From Selaginella moellendorffii (taxonomy: Eukaryota > Plantae > Lycopodiophyta), in assembly GCF_000143415.4 (NCBI RefSeq), contig NW_003314267.1, forward strand, positions 1,371,309 to 1,435,308: DNA of 64,000 nucleotides, given 5' to 3'. A program made the translations under genes and the position numbers. A model generated the notes under the pieces. It was not told where the DNA came from and ran no database searches. It saw only the letters and a list, made by a program, of their open reading frames with translations. The stretch's first letter is position 1; every line of letters begins with the position of its first letter. This document shows positions 34,609-45,760 of the stretch, one piece after another.

Positions 34609-37600
34609 GATGGCATGTATTTATTTAAAAATGTAACTTATTATGGCATGGGGTTCCATGCCATTGTATTAATATTAAAAGACAATTCTTTGAGAGGATT
34701 TGCATTATACTAGAAGTGTTATAGCATGTTATTGGAAGTCTACGAAGTTGTTTTATTAATAAGGGGAAAGTAAAGATTGAATGGGGACTTGGGCTCCACC
34801 TAGACTCGGAGCAACTGAGCCAATATTAAAAGAATGGAAAGAAATTGGACGACGATGACAAGGAGAAGAGAGAGGTGAAGCAGTGGCAGGGGGAGGAGAA
34901 GTGATTGAGTAGACATTTCCTTGTTTAAAATAAAATGGCATGTGCCTCAATGCAGTTGAATTTTGTTATATTTATATACTATATAAAGGTTTGGAAACCT
35001 TATTTTAAAAGTGGGATAATGACAATTCCCACTTTAACGAAATAGAGCTTTTGCTTAGTTGCCTCATAGTTGTCAAGTCCTACAACTCATTGCTGGTGCT
35101 TCCACACCTCCATCATTATCTGGGTCACCACACTCCAACTGCATGCTTTGCTGCTTAGGCTATGCCATTCCCATTTCCATTGGGATTCCTTTGGCAAGGG
35201 GTTCTCATGAACCCACCAGCATAGCCTCAAGGTATTACACCTTGGCACATTTGGTGTCTCCACACCATTGGCTTCACGAGCCTACCTCTATGACACTTCT
35301 TCTTTGTGTCTAAGTCTCTGCCAAAACCAATACCACTCTTTCTCATGCCAACCATTTGTTAGCACTGCACCATAGAGGTCACACACAACTTTGTGTCAAA
35401 GTTGTTTTCTTTTTGGGAACACCTTTCCCACTACTTTAGCATGGCACATTTTGCCATCGATGAAATACCCTCTGTTCTCATCCTTGGATCCTATGATCCC
35501 CCCCCCCCCATCCTTCGTGGGGTACAACACACCTCAGTCCAAATGCTTCCATCAGTCCTTTTAGGACCATTCCTTGACTCTACTTGAGTCATCCAGCAGT
35601 TTTGGACTTGGTTAATCCATAGACCCGTAAGGCCTCACTTGTGAGGCACTAGCTCACTGGAATATACTTCCTGCATTCCTGTCTTACTCAGAAGGACTAT
35701 TTTCACAAGTGTTACTCTGACACTTGTTTTTGTTCTCTGGGCCAACCTCTGCCCCTTAGGACTACTTGTCCATGTGATGAGAATACCAACTCATCTCTAA
35801 ATACACCCCCCAACTCCTTGGGTTGTTCCAGCATTTATTAAAGGTAGCCCCGGCTACCATTTCAAGGACATGAGTCCTCTTCCGTATTTGACCTCCCACA
35901 GTCATTACTTCTGGTTTCACATTCATGAGCACCAACCTCAACTATATGAGGATAATCTTGTGACTCCCTTATTGCTTTGGAGTCTTTATCTTTCCTGTGA
36001 TCCCAACTTTAGTTGTTTACCACAACTACATTGTGTAAATGACTAATTTTTCCATTCTACTTTAGTCACTTAACCACACCTCCGACCACTTGGAGGAGTC
36101 TCATTCACAACCTCCATAAGCCCAACTCAGGACTTGGGGCTTGCTAGCCCCGAGAATGGCATCCATGCCACTCAACCTTAGCACTTGGTCCAAGTGCTCC
36201 ACGTGTCCGATCCCATGATCGACACCCCAAGGTACCACCGATGTATCGGCCCGTTACACTAAGGCCATGCCCATTTACCTTGGTCACACTGGTGGTCCAA
36301 CACCACCTACATTCCAATCCCGTCTCTCAAAGACTAGGTCATCCATCCACGAGTGATCATCCCAGATCCACTCCTTAACATCCTTAGGATGCCTACAGAC
36401 ATGGGGAATAGCCTTCCCCAAAATCTCTGTTCCGGTCCCCACCAAGTCCCTTTCTGTCCTTGGTTGTGTTTGCCAACACTACCACTGGATCAAGGCCCAC
36501 CGGCCCGACCACTAAGTCCCACTATCCTCTAGGACTTCCTCACCATGTGACCGTATCCTTGGTCACTACATTAGAGGCCTACTCCTCTTCCCTTTCACCG
36601 TTTGGGACTTTGGGACAACATTTCGGAACACCGTGGCCTTACGCAAGCCTCATGGGTACTCTCCCCACCTTTCACCTTTAGGTGCTCTAGCCATGGGCTT
36701 AGAGCGAGGTTCCGTTGAGCCACGACAGGTATCCAAGTAGGTAGTGCCACCCACACTTGGACTGGGAGCATTGGCCAGTCGATCTCCCGGGGGAACTAGA
36801 GCCAGCTCTTGAACACTTCACCAAGCTACCCCGCTTGTCGGTCCGTGTTCACTCTAGTCTTGGACTTCCCAGTGGGCAGCTCATCACCCAACAGTGGGTC
36901 CGGCCTTCCTGGGCCAAACTGGCCTTTCTTGGCCAAACTAGCTCCACTGCAGTCCTCCCCCTACTATACTTTTGGAGCTCACCAAACCCCCCAGGGTCTG
37001 GGAGACGAACGCTTTGGGCTTTCATCCTCTCAGACTCGGACTCGGACTCGGACACGGACTCGGACTCGGACTCGGACTCGGACTCGGACTCGGCCTCGGC
37101 CTCGGTCTCGGTCTTGGTCTCGGTCCCGATCTCGGTCTCGGTCTCGGTCCCGGTCTCGGTCTTGGTCTCGGTCTCGACTTCGGACTCCATCTCGGATCCA
37201 TCTCGGACTCCATCTCGGACTCCATCTCGGGTCCATCTCGGACTCTATCTTGGACTCCATCTCGAGTCCATCTCGGGTCCACCTCGGACTCCACCTCGGA
37301 CTCCACCTCGGACTCCATCTCGGGTCCATCTCGGACTCCATTTCGGACTCCATCTCGGGTCCATCTCGGACTCCATCTCGGGTCCATCTCGGACTCCATC
37401 TCGAGTCCATCTCGGACTCCATCTCGAGTCCATCTCGGGTCCACCTCGGACTCCACCTCGGACTCCACCTCAGACTCCATCTCGGGTCCATCTCGGACTC
37501 CATTTCGGACTCCATCTCGGGTCCATCTCGGACTCCATATCGGACTCCATCTCGGACTCCATCTCGGACTCCATCTCGGACTCCATTTCGGACTCCATCT

Positions 37601-40600
37601 CGGACTCCATTTCGGACTCCATCTCGGACTCCATTTCGGACTCCATCTCGGGTCCACCTCGGACTCTATCTCGGACTCCATCTCGGACTCCATTTCAGAC
37701 TCCATCTCGGACTCCATTTCAGACTCCATCTCGGACTCCATCTCGGGTCCATCTCGGACTCCATCTCGGACACTTCCACGTGTCATGTGTTGGTCCTTTT
37801 TGGGTCCCTTTTTGGAGCCTCACCTATGGCTCGCTTCGTGCTCATTCCTCGAGCCCTTTGTTGGGAGTTCCACTCCCGCTCTTGACTTTTCAAGTCGGAG
37901 CTTTTGGTCCAAACGTGTTACGCTCGTTTGGCTCTCGCTTCAGCCACTACCCCGTGGCACCCTTCCGGCTCCACTTTGGGGCCTAGGGATTTTGTGTCTC
38001 ACAACTCCACCACCCATAGACGAAGTTTGATGTCCTCATCGAACGGTAAACCCTTTCATAAAGTAACAACCGCATGTGTTACCATTTCCATCCTTGGCAC
38101 CCAGCCAATATTTGTCTATGGTTTGACACCAAAGGCTCACAATGCCTTGTCCATCCTCTAAGGAGCATAGTCCCTCCAACATAGCGACTCATTCGGCCAC
38201 CTGGGGCGGTTTGCTCCCTTTTATTGGTTCAGTTCTCACTAAACCTGTTAGAGACACCTTCTCTAACTTAATTCCACTACTCATTCTCGAGTAGTCTCAG
38301 ATTCCATCGACATAACCTCTGCACTTTGGAACTTTTAATTTTGACTTCTCAGAGTCAATTTCCTAGGTGTCTCTGACACCTTCCATTGCACATGGTGCAA
38401 CTCCACTTCCCCATCCTGGGAAGTTCTTTACTTGAGGGCACTATCATCCTCTCTTCGATATCACGCCACCTTTGGCACTAAGTTCCAGTTATTATAATTT
38501 GTGCTAGGGCGGCCCACGACCCTATTATTTGGCTACCTTACTCCCCCTTGGAGCTTCTACTTTCGCCAAATCGGAGCGGTTGGGAATCCATCCTTGGGAA
38601 AATATTGCCTTTCCCACAATCCATTAGCACCCAACACATTAGTGTTCTCGGCCTAACTTTGCCATTTGGATTCTTTCCCCTGATTCCCATGGCTCTTTTC
38701 TTAGCCACTAGTCTTATGCTCCTATCCTTGATTGTTGCATCCAGCAACATAGGATCGCTACCTCCATTTTCGAGGTATCCTTTCGGTTCCTTAGCAAAGA
38801 CTCTCCTTTGCCAAGTTCGGAGGGTGTTCACCCCTAGTAAGTCTCTTTAGCATCTTCTGCTATGGGTTCTATCCACGGCCCAACTTTGTGACCCTCCCAT
38901 GGGTCTCTTTAGAGACTACTTTCCTTGGACACACTATGCCATCGCACTGACATAGCTCATTTCCCTAAGGTGCTTTTCCCCACTTGGTCACCTTGACCAA
39001 GCCACACCATCATCAATAGTTCAAATCAACACTTTGAACTAGGAACCTTATTCCTTAACCCAAACAAGGACCTTGTCCTTATTTAGCCACAAGATCACCT
39101 AGTGATCTCACCTCGGCACCAGGTACTAGGTCTTCCAGACCTTTAACTTGTTAACTACGACCCCGGGGGCATCCCCCACACTTGGCGGTGCGCCCAAGCC
39201 AGCCCTTCCGGCCAAGGGTCCATAGCAACTGAGATTAGGTGTCCCCATCTCACTCACCACGTCCTTGGTGCCACTTGCACCAAAGCGTTCAAGTTAGATA
39301 TGCCGAGCTTTCACACCAAGCAATCTAACTGTGCATCACGACTCCGAGGCATCCCTCGCTTGGCGGTGTGCCCAAACCAGTCTCCCCACTGAGAGTCCAT
39401 GACCACCGAAATATGAGTGTCCTCATATTCCAAACCATCACCACGCCCTAGTGATTTGGGACTCGAACCCAAGCACTAGAGGGTCGGGACTCGAACCCAA
39501 CCTCCGTATATGCATCTACGGACGGCATCACACCGGATGCCTGGCGTGACTCCCCACGCCGGTGCACCAACCTATATTTAAAGCGCGCTACAGATCACAG
39601 CTTAGGAATCTAGTTCCTTCGCACTGCCAAGTCCTCTCACTTGACAAGCCTGTGATCATGCATGGACTCCTCCATGCTCGGCCCCATGGGCCACCCCCTT
39701 TGAAGTTGGCTCCTTCAACTAGGGTATTCGTTCCCCCCGACTTGCCAATCTCACTTAGCAAGTCATCCGGCCACTGTAATATGGTTCATGCACCGGCGTG
39801 AAAGCCCTTGATCCTCGACTTTCGTTCAAAGCCTTCTCTTTGAACACTCGGGAACTACTTCCCTAACCTTGATAGCCTTGCCTCATGGCAAGCTTCAAGA
39901 CCACGCTTTTGCTGCGCCACTCTGATTTCGCGCGTTCCTTGAACCATTTACGTTTGGCCTTTCTAGGTACTAAGCTACCTAGAATCCTCTTTGGGAACCT
40001 TGAAGGAACTCTGTCCCTTAGCTTGCTAAGGCCCCCCTTTTTGCAAGCTTTCCAATTACCATATAGCCTAACATGGACAATTCCATATTTTAGACTCTCC
40101 ATGGCATCACGGTTGCTAGCGGCAACACCCTCGAGCCCCCACTTGATTCTCCACTCCCAGCTGGCATAACCAACCTTGGTTATGCCCTTCGATTCCTATG
40201 GTTCGGTTCTATCCCCTTACTTCTTGCTTTTGGCTTCACACTTTTCCTTTAGTCATTCTCCTCCAGACCAGGAGGATAGCTTTGCACTTTTTATCATGCC
40301 TTAGCAAGTATTCTTAGGGATGGACCTACCCGATAGCCTAGGGAGTGGTTCCTCAATCCGGGTTTGCTCACCTTGTAATCCCATACCCTAGGATTACCGT
40401 TGCTACTTGTGGGCCTTTATATGCCCATCCCTAGCCTTGCCAAAATCCCATTTAGCTTTGTCTAATTTGGGTAGACGGACTTCTCCCGTCTCCACAACCT
40501 TGGACATTTGGATAGCACCTTCTATCCTTCATTCGCTAGGGACTTTGTCCCTTGGGCATTATCCATTGCCCTCATGACACCAAACACCACCTTCTGGTAT

Positions 40601-41978
40601 TCTAGAGTGCTTAGGTGTCCTAATGATGGCATTTTTGGCAATGAGCATTCCCTTTACGACATTGACTTACTATCTCGCAGCATAAACAATTTATCCCTCA
40701 TAAGGGTACATCTAGCTTCTTTTACCCCAATAAGAAGTCTTAGGTAGTTACGTTCTACCAGTTTAGCCAATTACTAGTTGCCTCATAGTTGTCAAGTCCT
40801 CCAACTCATTGCTGGTGCTTCCACACCTCCATCATTATCTGGGTCACCACACTCCAACTGCATGCTCCACAGCTTAGGCTATGCCATTCCCATTTCTATT
40901 GGGATTCCTTTGGCAAGGGGTTCTTATGAACCCACTAACATAGCCTCAAGGTATCATACTTTGGCACATTTGGTGTCTCCACACCATCGGCTCCACGAGC
41001 CTACCTCTATGACACTTCTTCTTTGTGTCTAAGTCTTTGCCAAGACCAATACCACTCTTTCTCATGCCAACTATCCGTTAGTACTGCCTTATAGAGGTCA
41101 CACACAACTTTGTGTCAAAGTTGTTTTCTTTTTTGGGAACACCTTTCTCATGACTTTAGCATGGCACATTTTGCCATCGATGAGATACCCTTTGTTCTCA
41201 TCCTTGGATCCTATGATCCCCCTCCCCATACTTTGTGGGGTACAACACACCTCAGTCCAAATGCTTCCATCAGTCCTTTTAGGACCATTCCTTGACTCTA
41301 CTTGAGTCATCCAGCAGTTTTGGACTTGGTTAATCCACAGACCAGTAAGGTCCCTGGAGAAGGGAGAAAAAGACAAGCTCGAGGATTCAAGCTTAGGAAA
41401 GTAAACTTGAGAGGTTCAAGGTTAGGACTGTATTCCTAACCTTGATGTGAGCAGTAGAGACTATAAAAGTAGGACTTAGAATGTTTTTAGACTTATCCCT
41501 AATACAAAATACATTGCAATACATCGTCATTCTGCCTATCTCTTTGGCTATTCACAGCAATGTCTTACTTACCCACCGCCTTCAAGGGATCAAAGGCGTG
41601 GGACTAGCACCTTCAAGCTCTTGTTCACAGTTTCTACTTGGCTTGGCACAAGCAGGTAAGTGCACTCTTCTCATAGTGTAGTTTTAGATTTAGGGACTAG
41701 ATTAGATTTGAATCTCCTAGGAAGATCTCGTGTGGACGTTTTCCTCCCAGTCCAGAGAGTCCAGGAGTTTTCACTGGCGACCACGGTGGGATAGAGCAGA
41801 TCAAGACGATCATTTTCCCCAAAACTTCAAGGAAAACGGACCAAAGACTCTCAAGAAAATGGCATAGGAAGAAAAAGCCCCAAAAATCAAGAAAAAGAAG
41901 ACCGTAAAACAAAAACGGTGGAAGAGCATGAAGGAATGAAGAAAAAAATGGAGCGTAAGACCAAAAGATGAAGAACAC

Positions 41979-42455
41979 TTGAAGATTGAAGCCACCCAAG
42001 TCGTGGAAAACTTGGAGCGTACGCGTAACTGTTTTTGGCGAGAGGTTGAAGAAAGCAAATATTCCAAGAATCTGCGAGAAGGAAACGACCAAGGGAAAAT
42101 TCTAGCGGCTGGAGATGGAGGAAGAATGAAAAAGCACGACTGCCCATTTGGAGACACAAGCTATACAAGATACGAGGACTGCCTTTTGTGTGGTTTCAGA
42201 AATTGTGCAAAACCGTACAAGCAATGCTATCCAAAATGGCAATGTGACACTTGCAAGCAAGCAAAAGCTAGACTTCGAATCAAGGATGAAAATGCCATAG
42301 CGGAGGAGAGAAGAAAACGAGAAGAAATAGCCCAAGAAAATGACACTAAAAAGAGAGACGATAGTTTAGAACAAGCAGCGAAACAAAGCTTTAGTTGCTT
42401 ACAAAAACTTCAAGAAATGATTCTGCGACTCTTCTACAAATTGTCTAGCAAATAG
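41979..42455 (+). CDS. Cys-rich accessory ORF of family D (possible Zn finger + coiled coil)
   Basis: HDC...CLLCGFRNC...C....CDTC followed by a charged helix. Confidence 0.45.
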   Translation: MKIEATQVVENLERTRNCFWREVEESKYSKNLREGNDQGKILAAGDGGRMKKHDCPFGDTSYTRYEDCLLCGFRNCAKPYKQCYPKWQCDTCKQAKARLRIKDENAIAEERRKREEIAQENDTKKRDDSLEQAAKQSFSCLQKLQEMILRLFYKLSSK

Positions 42456-42537
42456 GAAGGATGCAAAAATGAGGAAATGTTGAAAGAAAAAATATGTTTA
42501 CTTCGATTTCTTTGCAACTCGAAGAATCCTGACTTGG

Positions 42538-43323
42538 GTGTATCGCGGACACCTCTTTCAACAAACAATTGTCGAATTCCTAGGCATACACAAACATGAA
42601 ACTTTTCAACCATTAACGCTTGCTTTCAACACTGATTTGATGAGAGTCATAGCAGCAACAGAGTGTGGAACCTTTGAACCACAAGTTCGATGGTTTGTGG
42701 ACACTCTTAGATTTAGAGATTTCGAAGAGAACGCGGAATTACTTTACCGACTTCTTCAAAGTCCTCTTCGTGTAACGCTACCAACAAGCACTCTTATCGA
42801 ACTATATACTATAGCATATTGGCACCGTTTAGGACGGACGAGAATAGCTGGGGAATTAAGAAATCAAGGCCATCAACAAAATCGAATTCAGAATTCGAGA
42901 TTAAGAAACCGACGGGACCCTGAACTTGAATCAAGTTCAAGGGAACGACTTGGAAACTCGAGGATAACAAGTCGAAGGAGGAGAAATTTAAGACAGGATC
43001 ACAATAGGCCAAGATTAAATACAGTACCAAACTTCAACTTTGACACTGAGGTCCAACGCCGAAACCCCAGCCTAGAGCGACATATCATTCGCAACCAACA
43101 AGGAAGAGTGCGTCCAAGCAGTCTCAACATTTTGAGGAGTATTTTAGGAGATCCTGCATCAAGGATTCAAACTTATAATGCAAGAGTATTAATTGAGACT
43201 ATCCCTTGGGAAGTTCGTGAAGCGATTGACTCTGATCGTGAAAGAGAACGTGCTATACGACTAAGGGAAGTAGAACACCACCGGCAAGAACAGCATCAGG
43301 GAAATGCACCATCACGAAATTGA
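42538..43323 (+). CDS. Arg-rich accessory ORF of family D, unknown function
   Basis: 261-aa open frame with helical N-part and R/N-rich C-part; start uncertain. Confidence 0.45.
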   Translation: MYRGHLFQQTIVEFLGIHKHETFQPLTLAFNTDLMRVIAATECGTFEPQVRWFVDTLRFRDFEENAELLYRLLQSPLRVTLPTSTLIELYTIAYWHRLGRTRIAGELRNQGHQQNRIQNSRLRNRRDPELESSSRERLGNSRITSRRRRNLRQDHNRPRLNTVPNFNFDTEVQRRNPSLERHIIRNQQGRVRPSSLNILRSILGDPASRIQTYNARVLIETIPWEVREAIDSDRERERAIRLREVEHHRQEQHQGNAPSRN

Positions 43324-44026
43324 TCATAGAGAAAATTGCGCTGGATAAACCCGCACACACATAGGCTTAAAGCAGCAAGAATCTGTTGGAAACTATATTG
43401 TGACGTGTGAACATCATTAGAGACTAGAAACATACGAGAATTAGGACATTAAAATACAACTACTGCTGTATTCAGCATTTTCAAATACTACCAACGACTG
43501 GGAAACACAAACACTCTTAGTGAGAGCTCGCATTCCAGTACGACCAAGATATTGTAAGAGACCAAAACAATTGTTCAAGAATTTAGATAAGATTGGACTC
43601 CTAAAGAGAGTTGCAATCGTTTGCATACCTGCTCGATCCCAAACTTGGAGAGCAGCACCAAATATCACTAGCGAACAGCTACACCGATCAATTTATGACA
43701 CAACCGACCTCCTTCCACAAACAAAATCGTACTTACATACACCACCAGATTTTTCAAATACAAGACCTTTTCTGAGCTAGATACAGGAAAGTGACCTCGA
43801 AAAGAAACTCGGGAAGAATCGAGAAAGAAAAACTCGATTGAAGACTCAAGACACAAGAGCTTGACTTCGTATTTATACAACAAAACCAAACTTGCAACAG
43901 ACTCAAGACGTAAGAGCTTGACTTTGCAATCTATGAAGAACAACATTTGACTCAAGACAATTTAGGCAACACATAAATTCAGGAAACTTACCTCAACATT
44001 CACGTTGAGAAGACTCAGCAAATTGA

Positions 44027-45148
44027 ATGTACAAACACAAACCAGACCCAATCAAGATCCGGGAAAGAGATCTTCGACAAAAGAATCGAGAAGTGAAAAA
44101 GGAAGGGATAGAAAAAGAGAAATTAGAACAACAACAGCAACAAATTTTAGAAACGATATTAGAGAAGTACGACAAGGAGGATAAAGAGATTCAAGTTGCC
44201 GAGTCGAGCAACCCAGTTAAAGATAACAAAGAACTAAATATCGAAGACACCCCAAAGTTTGAGGCATTTGAAGAAGCAGAATACATAGCACCAAAGTTTT
44301 ACTTAAATCCAGACTCACCAGAACAACAATTTCACCAACAAAGTCTACAACTTCAAATGGCAATCATCAACCCAGCGACAGCCATAGGGAACATGATTTC
44401 TTATCCCATTTTTACCGGTGGAAAAACCGAAGATGCGAACCAGCATCTCAAACAATTTGATCAAATTGTAAAGATGAACAAACAGGAAATGCATCGGGAA
44501 ATACTTTTCCCATACACACTTAAGGGAAAAGCACTCGATTGGCATAATACACTCGATGATGCTTTGACCCATGATGAAAAGGTCACACAATTCAAGGAGC
44601 AATTCCAGACCGGTGGAACTCCAGAAGAACACTATGAGATCATCAAAAACTTTAAGCAAAAATCACGTGAAGGAATTCAAGATTACACTCGAAGATTTAA
44701 GTTTCATGCAAAGCGCTGCAAGGATTTGATAACAGATAAAGGAAAGAGCTTATCCTATATCCAAGGACTAAAAGAAATCTATAGAAACATGGTAGCAATT
44801 GCTGCTACAACAGAGAATCCAGATGATGAAAGTGTTGATACACTCTCCAAAGAAATCCTCACATTGGAAAAGAGATTCAAGCAATTTACAAAAGCTATAC
44901 CTTCACAAATCGATGACGGTTCAGATGATGAAGAAGAGGAAGAAATACGCATTAAGACAAAGAAGAAAACACCAAAAGACCAAGACTTGAAGGATATAAT
45001 CAGGAAAATCTCACAAACCGAACTCAAAGCAGGAGTGTGGTGTACAAAATGTAAAAACGAGGGACATACATATTCGGAATGCAAGTTACAGCTTCCAAAG
45101 TGTCAAATTTGTGAAAGAGAAGGCCATACAGCCAAGAAATGCCGATAG
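44027..45148 (+). CDS. gag: Retrotransposon gag with two CCHC zinc knuckles
   Basis: YPIFTGGKTEDANQHL...FPYTLKGKALDW...FKQKSREGIQDYTRRF...CTKCKNEGHTYSEC...CQICEREGHTAKKC. Confidence 0.85.
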   Translation: MYKHKPDPIKIRERDLRQKNREVKKEGIEKEKLEQQQQQILETILEKYDKEDKEIQVAESSNPVKDNKELNIEDTPKFEAFEEAEYIAPKFYLNPDSPEQQFHQQSLQLQMAIINPATAIGNMISYPIFTGGKTEDANQHLKQFDQIVKMNKQEMHREILFPYTLKGKALDWHNTLDDALTHDEKVTQFKEQFQTGGTPEEHYEIIKNFKQKSREGIQDYTRRFKFHAKRCKDLITDKGKSLSYIQGLKEIYRNMVAIAATTENPDDESVDTLSKEILTLEKRFKQFTKAIPSQIDDGSDDEEEEEIRIKTKKKTPKDQDLKDIIRKISQTELKAGVWCTKCKNEGHTYSECKLQLPKCQICEREGHTAKKCR

Positions 45149-45168
45149 TCCAGGTAATACAATGGAAG

Positions 45169-45760
45169 NNNNNNNNNNNNNNNNNNNNNNNNNNNNNNNN
45201 NNNNNNNNNNNNNNNNNNNNNNNNNNNNNNNNNNNNNNNNNNNNNNNNNNNNNNNNNNNNNNNNNNNNNNNNNNNNNNNNNNNNNNNNNNNNNNNNNNNN
45301 NNNNNNNNNNNNNNNNNNNNNNNNNNNNNNNNNNNNNNNNNNNNNNNNNNNNNNNNNNNNNNNNNNNNNNNNNNNNNNNNNNNNNNNNNNNNNNNNNNNN
45401 NNNNNNNNNNNNNNNNNNNNNNNNNNNNNNNNNNNNNNNNNNNNNNNNNNNNNNNNNNNNNNNNNNNNNNNNNNNNNNNNNNNNNNNNNNNNNNNNNNNN
45501 NNNNNNNNNNNNNNNNNNNNNNNNNNNNNNNNNNNNNNNNNNNNNNNNNNNNNNNNNNNNNNNNNNNNNNNNNNNNNNNNNNNNNNNNNNNNNNNNNNNN
45601 NNNNNNNNNNNNNNNNNNNNNNNNNNNNNNNNNNNNNNNNNNNNNNNNNNNNNNNNNNNNNNNNNNNNNNNNNNNNNNNNNNNNNNNNNNNNNNNNNNNN
45701 NNNNNNNNNNNNNNNNNNNNNNNNNNNNNNNNNNNNNNNNNNNNNNNNNNNNNNNNNNNN
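45169..45760. other. Assembly gap (N run)
   Basis: Run of n. Confidence 1.

Larger units (their letters stand above)
12297..34956. repeat. Dispersed 22-bp palindrome family ATGGCRTG-N6-CAYGCCAT (>20 copies)
   Basis: Copies start at about 12297, 12613, 12702, 13302, 13462, 13608, 14949, 15006, 16609, 25772, 25870, 27437, 28283, 29067, 29144, 29204, 30480, 31979, 32120, 33491, 33566, 34643, 34935. Confidence 0.9.
12076..35045. mobile_element. Large TIR DNA transposon (Sola1/DUF7869-like DDE) carrying cargo genes
   Basis: Left end AGCT|CTATTTTGTTAAAGTGGGATTT; right end AATTCCCACTTTAACGAAATAG|AGCT (20/22 inverted match). AGCT on both sides is a putative 4-bp TSD. Encloses the transposase and all palindrome copies seen. 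Confidence 0.8.

Noticed and set aside
12297-34956. Palindromes as a CRISPR array or REP elements
   Set aside because: Irregular spacing, location in introns and coding DNA, no cas genes, eukaryotic context.
36757-38030. Long ORFs in several frames (SDSISD, RTPSR, LGLHLG), also at 23458-24141, 48503-49743, 50292-51429, 53715-54735
   Set aside because: Artefacts of stop-free 6/12-bp tandem arrays in family C LTRs.
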